From contig CAZGSL010000001.1 in assembly GCA_964528445.1 (NCBI GenBank), positions 82,530-114,529 on the forward strand: a DNA stretch of 32,000 nt, written 5' to 3'. This document shows, in pieces, positions 27,071 to 32,000 of the stretch; the stretch's first letter is position 1, and each line of letters starts with the position of its first letter. The translations under genes and the position numbers were made by a program. Source of the stretch: an uncultured Balneolaceae bacterium (GTDB lineage: Bacteria; Bacteroidota; Rhodothermia; Balneolales; Balneolaceae). The notes beneath the pieces were generated by a model. The model did not search any database and was not told the origin of the DNA. It worked only from the letters and a program-made list of their open reading frames with translations.

Positions 27071-27769
27071 ATGGAAATAACCAACGAGACCCTCGGAGCA
27101 CAGCAATCGCAGGAATCGCAGCAGCAGCAGAACCAGGCGCAGTCCCTGGGCAACAGCAACCTTGGGAAGGAGGATTTCCTCCAGTTGCTGGTGGCCCAGA
27201 TGAAGAACCAGGACCCCATCAACCCGATGGACGGTACCCAGTTCGCGTCACAGCTCGCGGAGTTCAACTCCGTTGAGCAGCTCATAAATCTGAACGACGG
27301 CATGAATCTGCTCGCCGAAAGCCAGCAGATGATGAATACGGGACTCAACAATACGATGGCCGCCTCCCTGGCCGGTAAATCGGTACGGGCGCTGAGCGAC
27401 AAGGTGGCGCTGGAGGCCGGCGGAAACGCGGACCTGCAGTTCAAGCTGAACAATACCGCCACCACCGCGGAGATCGCCATACGCGATTCGGGGGGGAATG
27501 TAGTGCGAACGCAGGAGCTGAGCAATCTGGGCAGCGGCGAGCATACCTGGACCTGGGACGGCCTCTCCGATGCCGGAAATCAAGCGGCGGAGGGGACCTA
27601 CTCGGTGGAAATATCGGCCTCAAACGGCGACAGCGAGGTTGATGCACTGACCTATATCGAGGGACAGGCCGACCGGGTGAGTTACTCGGGCAATGGAGTT
27701 CAGCTGCTGGTGGACGGAATCTTCGTACCCCTGGGCGATGTGGAGCAGATAGGTCTTTCGGAGGAGTAG
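27071..27769 (+). CDS. flgD: Flagellar hook capping protein FlgD
   Basis: LGKEDFLQLLVAQMKNQDPINPMDGTQFASQLAEFNSVEQLINLNDGM; FlgD Ig-like region GEHTWTWDGLSDAGNQAAEGTYSVEISA. Confidence 0.96.
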   Translation: MEITNETLGAQQSQESQQQQNQAQSLGNSNLGKEDFLQLLVAQMKNQDPINPMDGTQFASQLAEFNSVEQLINLNDGMNLLAESQQMMNTGLNNTMAASLAGKSVRALSDKVALEAGGNADLQFKLNNTATTAEIAIRDSGGNVVRTQELSNLGSGEHTWTWDGLSDAGNQAAEGTYSVEISASNGDSEVDALTYIEGQADRVSYSGNGVQLLVDGIFVPLGDVEQIGLSEE

Positions 27770-27770
27770 C

Positions 27771-28157
27771 ATGGATATTCGCCACATAACAGGCAGAGGT
27801 TCCCCGGAGGGTCCCCGAAAGGCGGGCGCCCCTGGTTCCGGGCCGGATGCCGCCCGGGAAAGCGGTCCTTCGTTCAAGGAGGTCCTGAAGCGGGCAGGCG
27901 GACTGGAGTTTTCGAAGCATGCGCTCGAACGGTTGGAGGATCGGTCCATTTCCCTGGATTCCTCGGATATTGACCGGCTGAGCGAAGCGGTCAACCGGGC
28001 GGCCTCCAAGGGGAGCAGGGACTCGCTCGTACTGGACGGGGAGAAGGCGTTCCTGGTGAACATACCGAACCAGACCGTCGTGACGGCGGTGGATATGATG
28101 GAGCTTCGCGAGAAGGTTTTTACCAATATAGACAGTACGGTTTTAACGAGACGATAA
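27771..28157 (+). CDS. Flagellar operon protein of the TIGR02530 type
   Basis: LEFSKHALERLEDRSISLDSSDIDRLSEAVNRAASKGSRDSLVLDGEKAFLVNIPNQTVVTAVDMMELREKVFTNIDSTVLT; located between flgD and flgE as in many phyla. Confidence 0.82.
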   Translation: MDIRHITGRGSPEGPRKAGAPGSGPDAARESGPSFKEVLKRAGGLEFSKHALERLEDRSISLDSSDIDRLSEAVNRAASKGSRDSLVLDGEKAFLVNIPNQTVVTAVDMMELREKVFTNIDSTVLTRR

Positions 28158-28176
28158 CCAAAAACCAACATGAACC

Positions 28177-28200
28177 GGGCCGGACCCGCAAGGGAGGCCC
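28177..28200 (+). promoter_or_regulatory. Predicted RNA hairpin 1 in flgE leader (GNRA-type GCAA tetraloop)
   Basis: GGGCC-gga-CCC-GCAA-GGG-a-GGCCC. Confidence 0.55.
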
Positions 28201-28203
28201 ACC

Positions 28204-28229
28204 TGGCGGCCAAACGACAGAGGTCGCCA
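28204..28229 (+). promoter_or_regulatory. Predicted RNA hairpin 2 in flgE leader (8-bp stem, one G-U)
   Basis: TGGCGGCC-aaacgacaga-GGTCGCCA. Confidence 0.5.
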
Positions 28230-28251
28230 CATAATCCAACGGAGGATTACT

Positions 28252-29871
28252 ATGTCACTAATGAAATCACTCAACTCTGGTGTGAGCGGGCTTCGCGCCT
28301 TTCAGACCAAGATGGATGTCATCGGAAACAATATCTCAAACGTCGAAACCACCGGTTTCAAGGCTTCGCGCATCACGTTTACGGAGATGCTGAGCCAGCA
28401 GATCGGCTCGGGGCAGAGTTCGGAGTCCGCTCCGAGCTCTGCTGCCAAAGTCGGACTGGGAACCCGGATCTCCTCGATCGACCGGGACTTCAACCAGGGA
28501 GGCTTGCAGGACACCGGGCGCAAATCGGACCTGGCCATCGAGGGGGACGGCTTCTTCATGGTCGAGGACGGGGAGCAGTCCTACCTGACCCGGGCGGGAA
28601 ATTTCGCCTTTAACAAGGACGGGTTCCTGGTGGACCAGTCCGGGCGGCAGGTGCAGGGATACAACGCGGGTTCCAACGGCGAGGTGCAGGCCAGTGGAAC
28701 CACCGACGGAATCCGGGTGGACTTCGAGAACATATTCAGTCCGCAGGCCACCCAGAACGTCTACATGGCGGGCAACCTGGGCTCGGAAACCAGCACGAAA
28801 CAGGTAGTCCAGGCGCAGTCGGCTTTCACCACCAACACGGGTGAAATCGCCGAGGAGGACACGCTGCTCAACGATCTGGCCCAGACCACTACCAACTTTG
28901 CGGCCGGAGATACCATCGATTTTGAATTCACGCTTAATGATGGGACAAATCAGACGATAACCCATACATATGCAGCCGGCGACACCCTCCAGGATGTCGT
29001 GGATACGATCAACGCGGGACTCGGGGCCGGAGAAGGCTCCGCCAGCCTGGTTGACGGCATGCTGGTGATTCGTTCCGCTCAGGCGGGCGACAGCCAGTTC
29101 AGCCTGGACAACACGGCGATCAACGGAACCGGCGTGATGACCATGCCCGGATTCCAGGTCGTCGAGGAAGGGAACACCGGCAACGTCTCCCTCAGCTCGA
29201 CGGTATACGACGAGCAGGGCAAGGCGCATACGCTGTTGCTGGAATTGACCCAGACCGATGCGAACACGTGGGAATACGAGGCCAGTTTCATGGACGGTGA
29301 GGAGATAACAGCCGGTCAAAACGGCACTCTCACCTTCGACAATACCGGAAACCTGACCAGCGACAATGCGCTGGCGATGGCCTTTGAGCCGGGTGACGGT
29401 GCGAATCCGGTGAACTTTACGCTGAACCTCGGGAATCCGGAGAACGGTTCCAAGGTGACGCAGTTCGCCGGTACAAGTTCGGCCAAGTTCGTCTCACAAG
29501 ATGGATTCGCGCAGGGCAAGCTGATCGATTACAGCATCGACGGTGACGGATATGTCAATGGCATATACGACAACGGCAAAAACATCAAGCTGGCCCAGGT
29601 GGCCGTTGCCGACGTCACCAACTACAACGGCCTGGAAACCCTGGGTGACGGGCTGTACCGAAATACCGTAGCATCCGGCGATGTCAGCATCAACACGGCT
29701 TCGAATCTTTCGGAGACCAAGTTGAATTCTGGCATGCTGGAAGGATCAAATGTCGATCTGGCGCGTGAGTTTACGGACATGATTACTTCGCAGAGGGCCT
29801 ACCAGTCCAATGCACGGGTAATCACGACCGCGGATGAACTTCTCGCTGAAGCCGTAAATCTCAAGCGCTGA
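28252..29871 (+). CDS. flgE: Flagellar hook protein FlgE
   Basis: SLMKSLNSGVSGLRAFQTKMDVIGNNISNVETTGFKASRITFTEMLSQQI...C-terminal EGSNVDLAREFTDMITSQRAYQSNARVITTADELLAEAVNLKR. Confidence 0.96.
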   Translation: MSLMKSLNSGVSGLRAFQTKMDVIGNNISNVETTGFKASRITFTEMLSQQIGSGQSSESAPSSAAKVGLGTRISSIDRDFNQGGLQDTGRKSDLAIEGDGFFMVEDGEQSYLTRAGNFAFNKDGFLVDQSGRQVQGYNAGSNGEVQASGTTDGIRVDFENIFSPQATQNVYMAGNLGSETSTKQVVQAQSAFTTNTGEIAEEDTLLNDLAQTTTNFAAGDTIDFEFTLNDGTNQTITHTYAAGDTLQDVVDTINAGLGAGEGSASLVDGMLVIRSAQAGDSQFSLDNTAINGTGVMTMPGFQVVEEGNTGNVSLSSTVYDEQGKAHTLLLELTQTDANTWEYEASFMDGEEITAGQNGTLTFDNTGNLTSDNALAMAFEPGDGANPVNFTLNLGNPENGSKVTQFAGTSSAKFVSQDGFAQGKLIDYSIDGDGYVNGIYDNGKNIKLAQVAVADVTNYNGLETLGDGLYRNTVASGDVSINTASNLSETKLNSGMLEGSNVDLAREFTDMITSQRAYQSNARVITTADELLAEAVNLKR

Positions 29872-29903
29872 TGGCATGAACTGACAACTTAATTCGTCTC
29901 TAC

Positions 29904-29950
29904 GCCCGTGCCGCTCCGCCCGGTCCCAAGCCGGGGGGTGCGGCACGGGC
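29904..29950 (+). terminator. GC-rich hairpin between flgE and motA; candidate terminator, attenuator or RNA-stability element without a U tract
   Basis: GCCCGTGCCGC (29904-29914) pairs perfectly with GCGGCACGGGC (29940-29950), with further partial inner pairing CCGG/CCGG. Confidence 0.5.
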
Positions 29951-29983
29951 CCCGGAGGCGACCATAAAGGATGTACTGCGACT

Positions 29984-30859
29984 GTGGATAAGTCAACTGT
30001 TATAGGATTGGTCGGTGGATTCGCCCTGGTGATCGTAGCTATTGTCACGCAGGGCGATTTTGGTATTTTCTTAAGTTTATCGGCCATCCTGATCGTGGGA
30101 GGGGGCGTTATCAGCTCATCTATCGTCAACTACAGTATCGATGAGGTTAAAAACACCGCCTCCCTCACGCTGGAGTACCTGAAATCCCGGCAGACCGATC
30201 TGCGAACAGATATCGAGCTGATGAACATGTTCGCCCGCAAGGCCCGGAGGGAGGGCCTTCTTCGGCTGGAGGAGGATGTCCACCACGTTAACAACAACTA
30301 TCTGCAGAACGGGCTGCAGCTGGCCATCGACGGCACCGAGAAAAACACGCTGATCACCATCCTGGACGACCAGCTGGAGAGCGCCCGCCGCAACCTGAAC
30401 AAGAGCGTATCCATCCTCTACAGCATGGCCGAATACTCGCCTGCGTTCGGGATGATCGGGACGGTGATCGGCCTGATCCTGATGCTGCAGAACATCCAGG
30501 ACCCCGAGGCGCTGGGAGCAGGCCTGGCCGTGGCGTTGCTGACCACCCTCTACGGCACCGTTTTTGCCAACATGGTATTCATGCCCCTGGCCGGGAAACT
30601 GGAATACCTCGGCGAGAAACAGCTGATTCGCAACGAGATGTTCAAATCGGCCGTTATCTCGATCGTGGACGAGGAGAACCCGCGCCTGATGGAGAACAAG
30701 ATGCTGAACTACGTCTCCCCCTCCCAGCGGGCCGAATACCGGGCCTATTACAACGAGCACAGCTTCAACAAGAAGCGAGAGGAGAAGCTCTACGAACACT
30801 GGATTAACATACAGAACAACTCATGGCAAGATCTTCAGACAGTTCTGGAAACTGGCTAA
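29984..30859 (+). CDS. motA: Flagellar motor stator protein MotA
   Basis: VDKSTVIGLVGGFALVIVAIVTQGDFGIFLSLSAILIVGGGVISSSIVNY...YSPAFGMIGTVIGLILMLQNIQDPEALGAGLAVALLTTLYGTVFANMVFMPLAGKLE; GTG start. Confidence 0.95.
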   Translation: MDKSTVIGLVGGFALVIVAIVTQGDFGIFLSLSAILIVGGGVISSSIVNYSIDEVKNTASLTLEYLKSRQTDLRTDIELMNMFARKARREGLLRLEEDVHHVNNNYLQNGLQLAIDGTEKNTLITILDDQLESARRNLNKSVSILYSMAEYSPAFGMIGTVIGLILMLQNIQDPEALGAGLAVALLTTLYGTVFANMVFMPLAGKLEYLGEKQLIRNEMFKSAVISIVDEENPRLMENKMLNYVSPSQRAEYRAYYNEHSFNKKREEKLYEHWINIQNNSWQDLQTVLETG

Positions 30860-31560
30860 TGACATATGCCGACTTTATCACCCTCATGATGATCTTTTTC
30901 ATCGTGCTCTACACCTTTACGCCCGGCGTGGAGCAAAACAAGTTTGAAGCCATTGTGGGAGCGTTTAAGGGGAAACAGGGGGTGCTGAACTACGACGCGG
31001 TATTCAGCAGCGAGATGCCGGACATCGAGATGCAGCGCGCGAAGAACTGGGAGCAGCTTCGCCAGTACATCAGCGAACAGGATCTGAGCGACGCGGTGGA
31101 GCTGGAGATGACGCCCTCCGGGGTGCGCATCATCCTGGGGGAATCGGTCACGTTCGATACCTATTCGGCCGAACTGAAACCTGCCGCCCCGCCCATCCTG
31201 CAGACGATCCTGCAGACCATCGAGGAGTACGAGGCGGAGGAGCTCCGGGAACTGGAGATCCAGGGGCACACCGACAACCGCCCCGTTCGCCCGGGAGCCC
31301 GCCAGTACCAGAGCAACTGGGAACTCGGCGCGGCGCGGGCCACTTCAGTCTTGTCCTTTTTTGTCGATAACAGTTCCATAGATCCCGCTTTGATCAAAGC
31401 CAGCACCTTCAGCCAGTACCGGCCGCGGACCGAGAACGAGACGGTCGAGGGACGGCGGAAAAATCGGCGGGTGGAGATATTTGTCCGGTATCATATTCCG
31501 GAGGAACCGACCTCCCTGCCGGACGGCACACCTGAAGAGCTAACACAAGAATCTGAGTAG
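30823..31560 (+). CDS. motB: Flagellar motor stator protein MotB (OmpA-like peptidoglycan-binding domain)
   Basis: NWLMTYADFITLMMIFFIVLYTFT (TM with the conserved Asp); EIQGHTDNRPVRPGARQYQSNWELGAARATSVLSFF...GRRKNRRVEIFV. Overlaps motA by 37 nt. Confidence 0.95.
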   Translation: MARSSDSSGNWLMTYADFITLMMIFFIVLYTFTPGVEQNKFEAIVGAFKGKQGVLNYDAVFSSEMPDIEMQRAKNWEQLRQYISEQDLSDAVELEMTPSGVRIILGESVTFDTYSAELKPAAPPILQTILQTIEEYEAEELRELEIQGHTDNRPVRPGARQYQSNWELGAARATSVLSFFVDNSSIDPALIKASTFSQYRPRTENETVEGRRKNRRVEIFVRYHIPEEPTSLPDGTPEELTQESE

Positions 31561-31562
31561 GA

Positions 31563-32000
31563 ATGGCTAGAGACGAGAAAAAGGGACCCGGGGCAGAAAA
31601 GAAGGAATCCACCGAAAAAAGTTCCGGGCAGCAGGAGGAGAAAGGTAAAATATTTAGCAGGTATGGAAAAATTTTCCTCATACTGGCGGTCATGCTCGGC
31701 CAGTCGGGGGGCGCCTACGCAATTATCAATACCTATTACGATCAGATCCACAGCTGGGTCAGGAGTATGCAGACCCGGGGCGGGGTCTACCACAACTTTG
31801 AAGACATCATTATAAACCCGGCGAATTCCGGGGGAGAACGCTACCTGATCCTCAGTGTGTCCGTAGAAATGCAGTCTGAGAGCGATCAGGCCAGGCTGGA
31901 GCAGAACCAGGTGCGCATTATCGACCAGATCAACCAGATCCTCTCCAAGCGTACGGCGGACGAACTGGTCAACCTTCAGACCCGCAAGGAGATCAAAAGG
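31563..32000 (+). CDS. fliL: Flagellar basal body-associated protein FliL, truncated by window end
   Basis: Frame from ATG 31563 is open to the last base: MARDEKKGPGAEKK...GKIFLILAVMLGQSGGAYAIINTYYDQ...ERYLILSVSVEMQSESDQARLEQNQVRIIDQINQILSKRTADELVNLQTRKEIKR. Confidence 0.88.
   Translation, partial: MARDEKKGPGAEKKESTEKSSGQQEEKGKIFSRYGKIFLILAVMLGQSGGAYAIINTYYDQIHSWVRSMQTRGGVYHNFEDIIINPANSGGERYLILSVSVEMQSESDQARLEQNQVRIIDQINQILSKRTADELVNLQTRKEIKR

Noticed and set aside
28170-28613. Possible leader peptide/ORF upstream of flgE (MNRAGPAREAHLAAKRQR...)
   Set aside because: Runs out of frame deep into flgE, has no good SD, and coincides with the hairpins; more likely non-coding.
29873-29890. Second sigma-54 promoter before motA (TGGCAT...GACA)
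   Set aside because: The -12 GC dinucleotide is absent at the required spacing.

Overview
This 32 kb GC-rich bacterial window has no rRNA, tRNA, CRISPR array or transposase that I can see. Gene content suggests a Bacteroidota/Balneolota/Rhodothermota-like organism (bshA, batCDE, Tat-dependent Gfo/Idh/MocA oxidoreductase), but that placement is inference. The left half is housekeeping: the E2 acyltransferase C-terminus, panC-panD, an adaptor / MacB-type permease / TolC cassette with no ATPase, a Gfo/Idh/MocA oxidoreductase, an M20 dipeptidase, batE-batD-batC, yebC, bshA, sucC, and a PAS-type histidine kinase. The right half (17504 to the window end) is a nearly gapless co-directional flagellar cluster: flgB-flgC-[75-aa unknown]-fliE-fliF-fliG-fliH-fliI-fliJ-[MotE-like]-fliK-flgD-[TIGR02530-like]-flgE-motA-motB-fliL. 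The strongest non-coding signal is a textbook sigma-54 promoter (TGGCAC-N5-TTGC, GG-N10-GC) at 17456-17470. It lies just upstream of flgB and divergent from a histidine kinase with an atypical H-box (H-R instead of H-E/D). Other points of interest are the unexplained 75-aa protein between flgC and fliE, two strong hairpins in the flgE leader plus one after flgE, a 24-bp perfect inverted repeat at 6429-6496, a large low-complexity FliK, and a polyQ BatC. I did not find a clearly novel self-contained system. The best leads concern flagellar regulation and lineage-specific flagellar parts.
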